Assembly (NCBI GenBank): GCA_963741945.1
Contig: CAVUKA010000007.1
Span: 1-64,000, forward strand
DNA from: an uncultured Gemmatimonadales bacterium
GTDB lineage: Bacteria; Gemmatimonadota; Gemmatimonadetes; Longimicrobiales; RSA9
Direction of reading: 5' to 3'
Length of the DNA stretch: 64,000 bases
Within the stretch, counting starts at the first letter, position 1. Each line of letters begins with the position of its first letter. Position numbers and translations under genes: made by a program. Shown here one piece after another: positions 50,392-61,459 of this stretch. The notes beneath the pieces were generated by a model, which was given only the letters and a program-made list of their open reading frames with translations, searched no databases and was not told the origin of the DNA.

Positions 50392-51588
50392 GTGCCGACT
50401 CCTCCGCTCGTTGACGCCCGACCGGCCGCCGGGGTCGTCACGCCCGGGGACGCGAGCCGGGGGGCCGGGCGGAACCGCTACGACCTTGCAGAGCTGGCCG
50501 GCGGATTCGGCGACCTCGGAACCCTGATCCCGTTCGTCGTTGGCTACATCGCCGTCCTGGGCATCGATCCGATCGGCATCCTCCTCATGTTCGGCCTCAG
50601 CCAGATGGCGGTGGGGCTGTACTACAAGACGCCGATTCCCGTTCAGCCCATGAAAGCGATTGCCGGTGCCGCCATTGCGTCCGGCGGCGCGATCACGGCC
50701 GGGATGGTGTTCGGCGCCGGGCTCTTCACCGGTCTCTTCTGGCTGGTGGCCGGAACCACCGGCCTCGTGAGCGTTGTCACCCGTCTCGCGACGAAGCCCG
50801 TGGTACGCGGCATCGTGCTGGCCCTGGGGCTGCTGTTCATGACGGAGGGCGTACGCATGATGCGCGTCACGCCATGGCTCGCGGGGGTCGGCGTGGTGCT
50901 CACGCTGGTCCTGCTCACACACCCGCGCTTCCCGGCGATGTTCGCGCTGCTCGTCCTGGGCGCAGTGGCGATCTGGATCCTGGAGCCGGCGTCGGCTTCC
51001 GCGCTTCTGCCCGCACGCCCGCACCTCCAGCTGCCAGCGCTGACGCTCGGCCGCATCGGCTGGAGCGACTTTCTCGCCGGAGTCGTGGTCCTCGCGATCC
51101 CTCAGCTGCCGCTCACCATGGGCAATGCCGTCATCGCCGTGCGGGCCGAGAACAACCAGCTCTTTCCTGACCGACCGGTCACGGACCGGACGCTCGCCAT
51201 TTCCCAGGGCCTCATGAACCTCGCCGCCGCCCCGTTCGGCGGAATCCCGCTCTGCCACGGCGCGGGCGGGATGGCCGGGCACGTCCGCTTCGGCGCCCGC
51301 ACCGGTGGCTCGCTCGTCATGCTCGGCGCCCTCGTCACCATGCTGGCCCTCTTCTTCAGCGGCTCCGTCGCGCTCCTCTTCCAGGTCTTCCCCCGTGCCA
51401 TCCTTGGGGTGATCCTCTTTTTCGCTGGCACCGAGCTCGCCATCACCACCCGTGACATCGGCGGCCGGAAGCAGGACGTCTACGTGATGGTCGTGGTTGC
51501 GGCCGTGGCCATGTGGAACATGGGCGCCGCTTTCCTCGTCGGAATCCTCCTGCACCAATCCATGCAGCGGGGCTGGGTCAGGATCTGA
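50392..51588 (+). CDS. Putative molybdate/sulfate transporter (MOT1 family)
   Basis: ELAGGFGDLGT, PIPVQPMKAI, PQLPLT.GNAVI, PLCHGAGGMAGH.RFGAR. Confidence 0.85.
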   Translation: MPTPPLVDARPAAGVVTPGDASRGAGRNRYDLAELAGGFGDLGTLIPFVVGYIAVLGIDPIGILLMFGLSQMAVGLYYKTPIPVQPMKAIAGAAIASGGAITAGMVFGAGLFTGLFWLVAGTTGLVSVVTRLATKPVVRGIVLALGLLFMTEGVRMMRVTPWLAGVGVVLTLVLLTHPRFPAMFALLVLGAVAIWILEPASASALLPARPHLQLPALTLGRIGWSDFLAGVVVLAIPQLPLTMGNAVIAVRAENNQLFPDRPVTDRTLAISQGLMNLAAAPFGGIPLCHGAGGMAGHVRFGARTGGSLVMLGALVTMLALFFSGSVALLFQVFPRAILGVILFFAGTELAITTRDIGGRKQDVYVMVVVAAVAMWNMGAAFLVGILLHQSMQRGWVRI

Positions 51589-51610
51589 GCCGTCATCGGA
51601 CGGCATCGAT

Positions 51611-54600
51611 TCAGCTTCCGGCGACCACTGGCACCTCCGCTCCCTGTTCCGCCGGCACGACTGCGGGCGCTTCGTCTTCTGCCCGCTTCAGCCCCCATTC
51701 CCGCCACAGCGAGTAGATGACCGGGATGACGAGCATGGTCAGCAGGGTGGCACTGATCATTCCGCCCACCATGGGCGCGGCGATGCGCTTCATGACGCTG
51801 GCGCCGGTGCCGTTCCCCCAGAGGATCGGGAGCAGGCCGCCGATGACGGCGGTGGCCGTCATGACCACGGGCCGCAGCCGCTGGCCGGCTCCCTCGCGCA
51901 CGGCCTGGAGGAGCTCGAGTCGGCCCCGCAGCCGTCCGCTCGCTCGCCGTTTCTCGTACGCCTGATCCAGGTAGACCAGCATGACCACGCCGATCTCCGA
52001 AGCCACGCCGGCGAGCGCGATGAAGCCGATGATGGAGGCCACGGACCAGTTGTAGCCGGCGAGCCACATGAGGAGCACCCCGCCCACCAGGGCGAAGGGG
52101 AGGCTCAGCATGACGATGAGCGTCTCGCCCACGCTGCCGAAGTTGAAATAGAGGAGCAGGAAGATGATGAGGAGCGTGGCGGGGACCACGAGCTGGAGCT
52201 TCTGCTTCGCCCGCTGCATGTACTCGTACTGTCCCGACCACTGCAGCGTGTAGCCAGCCGGCAGCGTGACCATGTCCTTCACCATGGCCTGCACGTCTTT
52301 CACGTAGCTGCCAATGTCGCGGTCGCCCACGTCGAGGAACACCCAGGCGGTGGGGAACGCGCCTTCGGTCTTGATCACCATGGGCCCGCTGGTCCGGCGG
52401 ATGGTGGCCACCTCACCCAGCGGCACCTGGGCGACGCCCGCGCTCGTCGTGGCGCCGGCTCCGCCCGCGCCCGCGGCACCAGCCATGTCCATGCCGGCCA
52501 TGGCGGCGGAGCCGCCGGCCGCCGTGCCGCCGCGCCGCGCGGCGACGGGGATGAGGAGGTCTGCGAGCTTCTCGGGCTGATCGCGCAGCTCCTGGGGGTA
52601 GCGGAGTCGCACACCATACCGCTCGCGCCCCTCGATGGTCTGGGTGATGGTCATGCCGCCCACGGCGGAGGCGAGGACCATCTGGATGTCCTGGACGTTG
52701 AGGCCATAGCGGGCGGCGGCCGCACGGTCGATGTCCACGTCCAGGTAGTAGCCGCTGACCGCGCGCTCGGCGAAGGCGCTGCGTGTGCCCGGCACCATCT
52801 TCGCCGCCTGCTCGACCTCCTTGCCGATGCGGGCGAGCTCGTTCAGGTCGGGCCCGAAGACCTTGACGCCGACGGGGGTGCGGATGCCGGTGGCGAGCAT
52901 GTCGATGCGACCCTTGATGGGCATGGTCCAGGAGTTGGTCACGCCCGGGAAGTCCAGCGCCCGGTCCATCTCACGGACGAGCTCGTCGTACGTCATCCCC
53001 TCCCGCCACTCGTCCTCCGGCTTGAGCACGATGGTGGTCTCGAACATGGCCAGCGGCGCCGGGTCCGTGGCCGTGGTGGCGCGTCCGGCCTTGCCGAACA
53101 CGCTCTTCACCTCGGGGAACGACTTGAGGATGCTGTCCTGCTTGATGAGCGTCTGACGCGCGGTGGCCACGCTCACGCCCGGCAGCGTGGTGGGCATGTA
53201 GAGGATGGTGCCCTCGTTCAGCGGCGGCATGAACTCGCTGCCGATTCGGCTGTAGGGGATGAACGTGAGCATCAGCACCGCCACGGCGCCGGCGATCACG
53301 GGCCAGCGCCGCATCAGGACCCAGTCCAGCGCCGGCCGGTAAAGGCGGCCGAGCACGCGGGAGATGGGGTTCTTCTCCTCCTTGTGGATCCGCCCGCGGA
53401 TGAACACCCCCATGGCCACGGGCACCAGCGTAACCGAAAGCAGGCTGGCGGCGGCCATGGACAGCGTCTTGGTCCACGCCAGCGGCTTGAACATCCGCCC
53501 TTCCTGCGCCTGCAGCGTGAACACGGGGAGGAAGCTCACCGTGATGATGAGCAGGCTGAAGAACAGTGCCGGCCCCACTTCCTTGGCCGACTCCACCACC
53601 ACCTGCCACCGCTCCTGCGTGGTCAGGATGCCGGTGTGAAGCCTGTCGCCGCCGGGGAGCGGGTGGCCATCCGCCGCGGCGCGCGCCCGCTTCTCCTCCA
53701 CCGCCCGCTCGAGGTGCTTGTGCATGTTCTCGATCATGACGATGGCCGCGTCGATCATGGCGCCGATGGCGATGGCGATCCCGCCCAGGCTCATGATGTC
53801 GGCACCGATCCCCAGCAGGTGCATGGCGATGAACGCCATGAGGATGCCCACGGGCAGCGTGATGATGGCCACCAGCGCGCTGCGGGCGTGGAAGAGGAAG
53901 AGGATGGAGACAAGCGCCACGATGAGCGACTCCTCCAGCAGCTTCTCCTTGAGCGTGCCGATGGCGTCCAGAATGAGGCCGGAGCGGTCGTAGACGGGGG
54001 TGATCGTCAGCCCGTCGGGGAGGCCGCCCTCGATCTCCGTGATCTTCTCCTTCACCCGCTCGATGGTGGCCAGCGCGTTCTCGCCGTAGCGCATGACCAC
54101 GATCCCGCCCACCACGTCGCCGCGCCCGTCCAGGTCGGCCACGCCCCGCCGAACGTCGGGGGCGAGGCCCACGGTGCCGATGTCGGCCACGCGGATGGGA
54201 GTGCCGCCGTCCGTGGCGCCCACCACCACGTTCTCGATGTCGTCGATGCCCTTCAGGTAGCCGAGGCCGCGGATCAGGAACTCCCGCTCACTGAGCTCCA
54301 TCATCATGGCGCCCACGTCCTGGTTGGAGGACTTCACGGCGCTCATGACCCGCGTCACGGGGATGCCGTAGCCCCGGAGCTTCACGGGGTCCACGGTGAT
54401 CTGGTACGTCTTCTCGAACCCGCCGATGCTCGCCACCTCGCTCACGCCCGGGAACGGCCGTGAGCTGATAGCGGAGGTACCAGTCCTGGTAAGCGCGGAG
54501 ATCGGCCAGCGAGCGCTTCCCCGTCTCGTCCTCCAGCACGTACTGGTAGACCCAGCCGAGGCCGGTGGCGTCGGGGCCGAGCTGCGAGTCGGCGCCGGCG

Positions 54601-54965
54601 GGCAGCTTGCCGCGGATCGCCGACAGGTACTCCAGCACGCGGCTGCGGGCCCAGTACAGGTCGGTCCTGTCGTTGAAGATGACGTAGACGAACGACGTGC
54701 CGAAGAACGAGTAGCCGCGCACCGTCTCCGCGCCCGGCACCTTCAGCATCTCCGACGCCACCGGGTAGGTGATCTGGTCCTCGATGATCTGCGGCGCCTG
54801 CCCGGCGTAGTCGGTGCGCACGATCACCTGCACGTCGCTCAGGTCCGGCAGCGCCTCCAGCGGCATGCTGCGCATGGCCAGGATCCCGCCCACCACCACG
54901 AAGGCGGTGAAGATGGCCAGGATGAACTTGTTCGCGACGGACCACTCGATGATTCGCTTCAGCAT
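51611..54965 (-). CDS. cusA: CusA/SilA-type heavy-metal RND permease, frameshift near 54450
   Basis: LPDLSDVQV, YWARSRVLEYL, LGPDATGLGW; Met sites LYMPT, PLAMFET, WTMPIKGRIDM; one extra base in the CCC/GGG run joins ORFs 54288..54971 and 51611..54445. Confidence 0.88.
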
Positions 54966-54967
54966 GG

Positions 54968-56191
54968 TCACTTGCCGCCCATGTCCATGGCCGGTGCGGC
55001 CGCGTCGTCGTCGCCAGGGGCGCCCATGTCCATGCCGGGCATGCTCCCCATGGACGCGCCCAGGTTGGACTCGGCGTCGATGAGGAAGCTGGCGGACGTG
55101 ACCACCTGCTGGCCTTCTTCGAGCCCGCTGACGATCTCAATGTCGTCGCCGGAGACGAGGCCGGTGATGACGTCGTGGGGCATGAGGGTGCCGTCGGGGT
55201 GGCGGACGAACGCCACGGCGCGCTGCCCGGTGAAGAGGACGGCCGTGCGGGGGACGGTGAGCGCCACGCGGGGGGATGCCACCTGGAGGCGGATGCCGGC
55301 GTACATGCCGGGCCGCAGGCGGAGCCCAGGGTTGTCCAGCACCACGCGCACCCGCCCGGTGCGCGACTGCATGGAAACCGACGGATAGACGTACGTGACC
55401 GTGCCCTGGAATGCCTCGCCCGGGTAGGCCTGGAACGTCACCGTGGCCGGCTGGCCCTCCGTCGCCAGCGACAGGTCCTTCTCGAAGACCTCCCCCTCCA
55501 CCCAGACGCGGGAGAGGTCCGCGATCTTGAAGACGTCCATGCCCGGCATGATCCGGGCGCCCTCCACCACGTTCTTCTCGACGACGATGCCGCTGGCGGG
55601 CGCCCGGAGCGTCAGCGTCTTCCGGGGCTCGCCCGCCTTCTCCACGGCCGCGATCTCGCTGGCCGGGATGTCCCAGTAGGCCAGGCGACGCCGGGCGGAG
55701 GCGAGCAGGTCGTCGGCGTTCTTCTTCGACCGACCGTCCGTGGCCCCGTCCGCCAGCTTCCGGGCCAGGATCAGCTCCTCCTGCGCGGCGACCAGCATGG
55801 GGCTGTAGACCTCCAGCATCGGCTGCCCCTTCCGCACGGGGGCGCCAGTGAAGTTCACGTTCAGCTTCTCCACCCATCCCTCGATCTTGGGGCTGAGGTT
55901 GGCGAGGCGGGTCTCGTCGTACTGGACGGTGCCCACCGTGCGGACCTCGGCCGCCAGCGGCTTCCGGGTCACGGGCGCGTACGTCACGCCGATGGTGCGC
56001 GCGGCCGTGGGCGTGATCGTCACCGGGTTGAGCTGGTCGCCTTCGCCACCGCCGGCCATGGCCGCGTGGTTGTGGCCCTCCATCCCGGCCGCCTGCTCCG
56101 GCGGGGCCGAACGGACGTGGTAGAAGCCCACCGCGCCCGCGGCCAGCACGAGCAGGAGGATCGAGTACAGGATCTGCTTCTTCGTGCTCAT
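54968..56191 (-). CDS. cusB: CusB-like RND periplasmic adaptor
   Basis: MEGHNHAAM and MGSMPGMDM Met/His tails; GWVEKL, YSP.L..AQEE, LRPGMYA, FLIDAESNL. Confidence 0.85.
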   Translation of the reverse strand: MSTKKQILYSILLLVLAAGAVGFYHVRSAPPEQAAGMEGHNHAAMAGGGEGDQLNPVTITPTAARTIGVTYAPVTRKPLAAEVRTVGTVQYDETRLANLSPKIEGWVEKLNVNFTGAPVRKGQPMLEVYSPMLVAAQEELILARKLADGATDGRSKKNADDLLASARRRLAYWDIPASEIAAVEKAGEPRKTLTLRAPASGIVVEKNVVEGARIMPGMDVFKIADLSRVWVEGEVFEKDLSLATEGQPATVTFQAYPGEAFQGTVTYVYPSVSMQSRTGRVRVVLDNPGLRLRPGMYAGIRLQVASPRVALTVPRTAVLFTGQRAVAFVRHPDGTLMPHDVITGLVSGDDIEIVSGLEEGQQVVTSASFLIDAESNLGASMGSMPGMDMGAPGDDDAAAPAMDMGGK

Positions 56192-57540
56192 CGGGCCTCC
56201 GCCATCAGGTTGGTGGCGGCGGGCAGCTCCCGCCCCACGGTCGTCTCCAGGCTCGCCACCGCGCGGCCATAGTCGGCCACCATGGTGTAGAGCTCCTGCT
56301 TGTAGCGGTTCGCGGTCATCTGCGCGTCCAGCAGCGTCATGAAGTCCACCGTTCCCACGCGGTAGGAGGAGAACGCGGACTCCATGTTCGCGTCCGCCTG
56401 GGGGAGCACTTCTGCGCGGTACAGGGCGACCAGCGTCCGGGCACGCTCCAGCTCCGCCAGCAGCTCCCCGATGCGCGCGTCCACCTGCGCCCGCGTGCTC
56501 GCCAGCTCCGCCTGCGCCATGGCTTCCATGGCGGCCGCCTCATCCCGCAGCCGCAGCTGCCGGCTCTTCGCGAATACCGGGATGCTGAAGCCGACCATGG
56601 CGCTCCCCATCCGCGCCGTGCCGCCGTCGGCCGCGTCCCGCTGACCGTACTGCACGCCCACGGTGAAGTCCGGCCAGATCTGCTTCCGCGCCAGGTCCTC
56701 GCGCGTGTTCGCCTGTTCCACACCAGTCTTCGAGCGCAGGAGCAGCGGGCGGGTCTCCTCGGCCCAGGCGCGGAGCGTCTCCTGGTCCGGGGTGGTGTCG
56801 GGGAGGGAGGGAAGCACGGTCGCCGGCACGGGTGTTTCGGCCGGGCGATCCAGCACCGCGTTCAGCTTTGCCGCCGCCACTTTCCGCACCGCCACCATCC
56901 GCTGGATCTCCGCGTCCATGCGGGCCACTTCCACGTTGGCACGGAGCACGTCGCTCTGCCGCCCCGTTCCCGCGCCGTACATCGCCTGCGCCACCTGCTG
57001 AAAGTCCTTCAGCAGCCCCAGCGTCTCCCGCATCACCGCGAGCTTGTTGTCCACCTCGTAGATGCCGAAGAAGGCGGTGGCCGCCATGGAGCGGACTTCC
57101 CACCACTTCTCCTCCGCCCCCGCCCGCGCCATGGACGTGCCCTGTCTCGCGATCTTCCCGTTCAGCCCGAGCTTCCCGGGGAACGGCAGCATCTGCATGG
57201 CCTGGATGCTCGGCGCCATCGTCGTCGGCATGTCGAGGCCGAAGCCCGGCAGCGAGAAGTTCATCACGCCCAGCTGGAGCACGGGGTCCGGCGGCAGCCC
57301 CGCCGACGACTCCCGCGTCGCCGTTGCGTCCGCCACCGCCGAAGCCGCCCGCAGCATCGGGTTTCGCTCCCGCGCCAGCGCATAGACGTCCGCCAGCGAG
57401 AGGTTGTCGACCGCACTGCCGGCCGGTGCTGGCTCCGCCGTCGGGGCACTCTGCGCCGCAGCGCGGCCCGGCCTCGCAGCCAGCGCCGGGCTGAGCACCA
57501 GGGCGGCCGTCAGCACCCACCTCCTCCGTCGTCCATTCAT
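56188..57540 (-). CDS. TolC/CusC-family outer membrane factor
   Basis: Signal peptide, ERNP.L, PDPVL, PFPGK, YRVGTVDF..LLDAQ; first gene of the cus-like operon. Confidence 0.88.
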   Translation of the reverse strand: MNGRRRRWVLTAALVLSPALAARPGRAAAQSAPTAEPAPAGSAVDNLSLADVYALARERNPMLRAASAVADATATRESSAGLPPDPVLQLGVMNFSLPGFGLDMPTTMAPSIQAMQMLPFPGKLGLNGKIARQGTSMARAGAEEKWWEVRSMAATAFFGIYEVDNKLAVMRETLGLLKDFQQVAQAMYGAGTGRQSDVLRANVEVARMDAEIQRMVAVRKVAAAKLNAVLDRPAETPVPATVLPSLPDTTPDQETLRAWAEETRPLLLRSKTGVEQANTREDLARKQIWPDFTVGVQYGQRDAADGGTARMGSAMVGFSIPVFAKSRQLRLRDEAAAMEAMAQAELASTRAQVDARIGELLAELERARTLVALYRAEVLPQADANMESAFSSYRVGTVDFMTLLDAQMTANRYKQELYTMVADYGRAVASLETTVGRELPAATNLMAEAR

Positions 57541-57600
57541 CCGGCCCGACTCTCCAGGTCACGGGGACTCGCGTATCGGAGGAATGTGTCGGGTAGTCGA

Positions 57601-57648
57601 ATGAAGGGAGGCTTAACCGCTCATGAAGAAGACTTCACGGAGCTTCAC
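57601..57648. promoter_or_regulatory. Direct-repeat regulatory site candidate between the divergent cus operon and the CxxC membrane gene
   Basis: CTTCAC-N4-CTTCAC (57633, 57643) and ATGAAG twice (57601, 57623). Confidence 0.35.
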
Positions 57649-57755
57649 CGACAGCGCGACGCCGTTCGTGCCGGTGAGGTCCTTGCCGCACCGCACGAAC
57701 GAGTGAATAGTCGTGTATTCTCGCCCGGACCCGCAGCCCCAACAGGATCGACACC

Positions 57756-58397
57756 ATGGTCGCACGTCCGACCGTCCCGGCCCGCCGACGGCGGGCTCTG
57801 CTGTTACTGGCGCTCGGTATCCTCCTCTTCGCCGCGGCCAGGCGGATCGGGATCTCCGACAATCTCCCGGGATTGATCCTGCTGCTCCTGGGCGTCGCCG
57901 TGCTGATGCTGGTGCCCATCCAGCAGTGGGGGATCCGGGGCGCCACGGCCGTGGTGGGCAGTGGTGTCGGTTTCCTGGTCGGCGCGCTTCCCGGCGTCAA
58001 GCTCGGGCTCGTCGCTGGGGTGCCGCCAGTCGCCTGCCCCGACTGCCGAGCCGACATGCAGTACATGTTGATCGGCGGCTTCCTGGGAATGGCGCTGCTC
58101 ACGCCACTCGCCGTCCATCTGCTGAGCCAGCAGCGGGTCGGCCGGGCCTCCGCGTACCTCCGGTCCATCGTCATCAGCGCCGTGGGGCTCGGCGTGCTCT
58201 TTCTGGGGATCGCAGCACAGCTTCCCTTTCTCCAGGGGATCGCTTTCCTGTTCACTCCGCTGGCGCTGGTGGCCAGCGCGGCCGGGCCGAGCCGGGCCCC
58301 GAACGATTCCGGGCTCGGTTCGCATGCCAGTGTCGGAGCCGATTCCGGGGCCGCCGGGCCGACGGCGTCCTCTCCTCGCGAAGCCCGGCTCCCGTGA
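57756..58397 (+). CDS. Hypothetical polytopic membrane protein with CPDC motif
   Basis: About 6 hydrophobic helices; loop VACPDCRADM. Confidence 0.65.
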   Translation: MVARPTVPARRRRALLLLALGILLFAAARRIGISDNLPGLILLLLGVAVLMLVPIQQWGIRGATAVVGSGVGFLVGALPGVKLGLVAGVPPVACPDCRADMQYMLIGGFLGMALLTPLAVHLLSQQRVGRASAYLRSIVISAVGLGVLFLGIAAQLPFLQGIAFLFTPLALVASAAGPSRAPNDSGLGSHASVGADSGAAGPTASSPREARLP

Positions 58398-58681
58398 AGA
58401 GGTGAAGCGCCCCCTGCAGCGCGTCGAAGGAGTGGCGGCTGGCCATGGACGCGCGGTCGTCCAGGATACGCCCATTCTCCCGCGCGGCCACGGCCACACG
58501 TCGCGAGATCGTTTCGTTCTGGCCCGTTGGCGCGCTCTCGTGGCGCGTCAACGTGCCAAAACCGTGCAATGGGCGGCATGCGGTGTGCCCACGGCTGGTG
58601 GTGCGGCCAAACGCTTCCGCGGCCGACGCGCGCGCAGCGCGAGACACTGCCCCGGCGGGAGCGTTCACGACGCCACAACCG

Positions 58682-59986
58682 ATGAAAGAAGTCCTGACGC
58701 GCCAGCGGTTCTTTCAGGCGAGCAGCCGGCTCACGGATCACTTCCCCCGATATGGTGCCCGAGCCCTGAACACCCTGGTCGGCGCCGCGGTCGGAAACCC
58801 CCTGCTGCTCGCCCACGAAGCGGCGGGCGCGCGCGCTGCGCTCCACCGGGCCGCTGCCCTGGACCGGCTGCTGGTGGTTGCCGACCTCAACATCGGCGAT
58901 GCCGTGATGATGCAGGCCGCCATCGCCGCGATCCGGGACTTCCTGCCCGACGCCGAGATCGACTACGCGATCTCGCGCCTCGCCCGACCGCTCATCCAGG
59001 GGGCCGCAGAGAACGCGACGCTCCGTCCCATCTTCGGCAGCGGACTGCCGGAGCCGCGGGATGCGCGCGCCGTGCGCCGGCTTGCCGAGGCCCGTGGCTA
59101 CGACGTGATCTTCAACTTCTGCCACTTCTTCAATCCGCGCGCGCTCGCTCCGACGGGAATGCCGGTCGTACCCGCCGACGCCCTGGCGCTGATGCTGATG
59201 CGGACCAGGCGATCATCGAACGCGGTGGCGCACATCACCTTTCAAGCGTACCGCTTCGTTCATCAGCTCCTTGGGGGCCTGCTCGCTCCGACGCGGACCG
59301 GACCATTTTCCGGCGTGGCCGTGCACCTCTCGACACGGGCGGCGGAGCGTGCGGCCGACTTCCTGGACAGGCGACACGGCGGTCCCGAGCCGCTGGTCAT
59401 GCTCAATCCCGATGCCTCCTCCCGCTTCACGCGTCCGCCTCTCGATCTTCAGGTCAGCCTGCTGAAGCGGCTGCTCAGTCTCCCGGTCACCGTGATACTG
59501 GGCGCCGGTCATACGTGGCCCGGAATCGAACAGCGCCTGTTGACATCGCTGCGGCCCACGCAGCGCGACAGGGTCCGGGTGCTCCCGGCCTCGATGCCGC
59601 TCGATGGTTACACCGCGCTGACCGATGCCTGCGACATCTTCATCACGGGCGACACGGGGCCCCTGCATCTCGCCGCCGCGCGCAAGGAGGGTGGAGGCCG
59701 CGCGGTGGCGTGGCGGAACCGGACGGCGATCGTTTCCATTTTTGGTGCGACTCCCGTCCGCGTCTATGGCTACGCGTCCGGACGGCCCGGGTTCCTTCCG
59801 GCCAACCAGCGGGCGCCGTCATTCGCGCACGTGGCCCCGAGTCCTTGTCGGAACCTGACCTGCATCCACAAGCACGCGAAACGCTGCCGCGCGGTCCGGT
59901 GCTTCGAGCACCTGGACGTGGAGAACGTGCTGGCGGACGTGCGGCGTGTGTTGAGCGGAGCGTCCTCGCCCGTGGACGCGGAATGA
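58682..59986 (+). CDS. Glycosyltransferase family 9 (heptosyltransferase-like)
   Basis: NIGDAVM, FITGDTGPLHLAAA, SIFGAT, C-terminal Cys motif CRNLTC...C; ATG at 58682 inferred. Confidence 0.82.
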   Translation: MKEVLTRQRFFQASSRLTDHFPRYGARALNTLVGAAVGNPLLLAHEAAGARAALHRAAALDRLLVVADLNIGDAVMMQAAIAAIRDFLPDAEIDYAISRLARPLIQGAAENATLRPIFGSGLPEPRDARAVRRLAEARGYDVIFNFCHFFNPRALAPTGMPVVPADALALMLMRTRRSSNAVAHITFQAYRFVHQLLGGLLAPTRTGPFSGVAVHLSTRAAERAADFLDRRHGGPEPLVMLNPDASSRFTRPPLDLQVSLLKRLLSLPVTVILGAGHTWPGIEQRLLTSLRPTQRDRVRVLPASMPLDGYTALTDACDIFITGDTGPLHLAAARKEGGGRAVAWRNRTAIVSIFGATPVRVYGYASGRPGFLPANQRAPSFAHVAPSPCRNLTCIHKHAKRCRAVRCFEHLDVENVLADVRRVLSGASSPVDAE

Positions 59987-59999
59987 CGTCGTCGCGCGT

Positions 60000-60989
60000 T
60001 CAGGCGCGCTCGCGTTCCCGTTTTCTGATCCGCTGCCAGAGCACCAGCGCGGGCGCTCCGAAGACGATGTCGCGGATGCGCTTGATGATGGCCACGCCCA
60101 CGCCGAGCGCGGAGCTCAGGCCGATGGCGCGGGCGCCGAGAAGATAGCCGCCCTCCGCGGCGCCGAGCGACGCCGGCAGGAAGAAGCCCGCGTTGTGAGC
60201 CGCCGCACCGATCGATTCGAAGATCCAGCCGTCCATCGGTCCGACCGAATGCCCCAGGATCCACAGGACCAGGACCATCTCCGCCCCGCCGTATACCCAG
60301 GCGGCGAAATGCCAGACAGCGCTCCGAAAAAAGGCTCGGCGGTTCTGGTAGACGCGTTGCAGCCGCTCACCCGCCTCTTCGGCCTGGCCGGCGAATTCAC
60401 GCCAATGGTCGCTGCGCGCCCACTTCCACAGCAGGTGCGCGATCTTCTGCAATCCCCCGTGCCGCTGAGCATAGTAGTACCCGCCGAGGAAGACGAAGAG
60501 CAGCAGGCTGGTCCCCCCCGCGATCAGCCACACGTGTGGCCGCCCACTGACCAGGAAGAGGATCATGCCAACGGACACGAACACGGCCAGCGACACCATG
60601 CGGGCAGTCAGGTCCACGATGATCACCGCGGCCGCCATGGGGCCGTCGACGTCGGTCTCCTTCGCCTGGAGATAGCCGCGCAGCACCTCTCCGTCCGCGG
60701 CGAGGAACGGAGTGAGCGCGTTCGCGGCATCGGCGATCCAGCGGAAGCGGAAGATCTCCCAGAATGGTGCATCGATCTCGACGCCCAGCAGCAGCGAGCG
60801 CCAGGCCCGCGTGAGCAAGTAGACGAAAACCGCGTGGACCAGGGCGAGGACCGGGATCCACCAGCCCGTGGTCAGGACGATGTGCCAGACCCTGGACGGA
60901 TTGGCGATCAGGAGCAGGCCCACGATCGCGCCCATTCCGGCCGCGGCCCCGACCACCAGGGCCAGATGACTGCGCAGCCACTGCTTCAT
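60000..60989 (-). CDS. Flippase-like lysylphosphatidylglycerol-synthase TM domain protein (HpnL-like)
   Basis: RWIADAANALTP...GE..R, FFLPASLGAAEGGY, IKRIRD; multiple TMs. Confidence 0.8.
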   Translation of the reverse strand: MKQWLRSHLALVVGAAAGMGAIVGLLLIANPSRVWHIVLTTGWWIPVLALVHAVFVYLLTRAWRSLLLGVEIDAPFWEIFRFRWIADAANALTPFLAADGEVLRGYLQAKETDVDGPMAAAVIIVDLTARMVSLAVFVSVGMILFLVSGRPHVWLIAGGTSLLLFVFLGGYYYAQRHGGLQKIAHLLWKWARSDHWREFAGQAEEAGERLQRVYQNRRAFFRSAVWHFAAWVYGGAEMVLVLWILGHSVGPMDGWIFESIGAAAHNAGFFLPASLGAAEGGYLLGARAIGLSSALGVGVAIIKRIRDIVFGAPALVLWQRIRKRERERA

Positions 60990-61459
60990 GACGGGCAGGC
61001 GGGGGCGAGAGGGCGCCCCCACGGCAGGCGTCCGCCGCTGTCACAGATCCGACCGTCCTCCATCGCGCATCACTCCAGGTGTCGGGCCATGGCATCGCGG
61101 GAGCGGCGCAGGCCACGGCCGCCCCACCCGCAACAGCCGCGCCCGCAGCTGCCTCCGGCCCCCCGCGCGTCCGGGAGCGCTGGCCGCCAGCGCGGGATGT
61201 CACGAGGAGGAGGAGGAGGAGGGTCCGGGTCGATTTCGGCGCGGCCGGCGCTGAGCGGAACGGCCGGCGGACTCAAGAGGCTGCCGTTGATTGACGCATG
61301 TTCTTGAGCCGCACCATGGGCGCCCGTAGCGGATGCTGAGAAGCTACCGGGCGCTTCGTCCGTCAGGCGGCGCACCGCGCGCAGGACGTACGCGCCATCG
61401 GCGGCCGCGGGTTGGCAATGTGGAGTGGTTGCCGGCTCGATTGCCGGACTCCCGGTCGT

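Noticed and set aside
61204-61223. (GAG)6 microsatellite as a phase-variation tract
   Set aside because: A triplet repeat not located in a supported gene or promoter.
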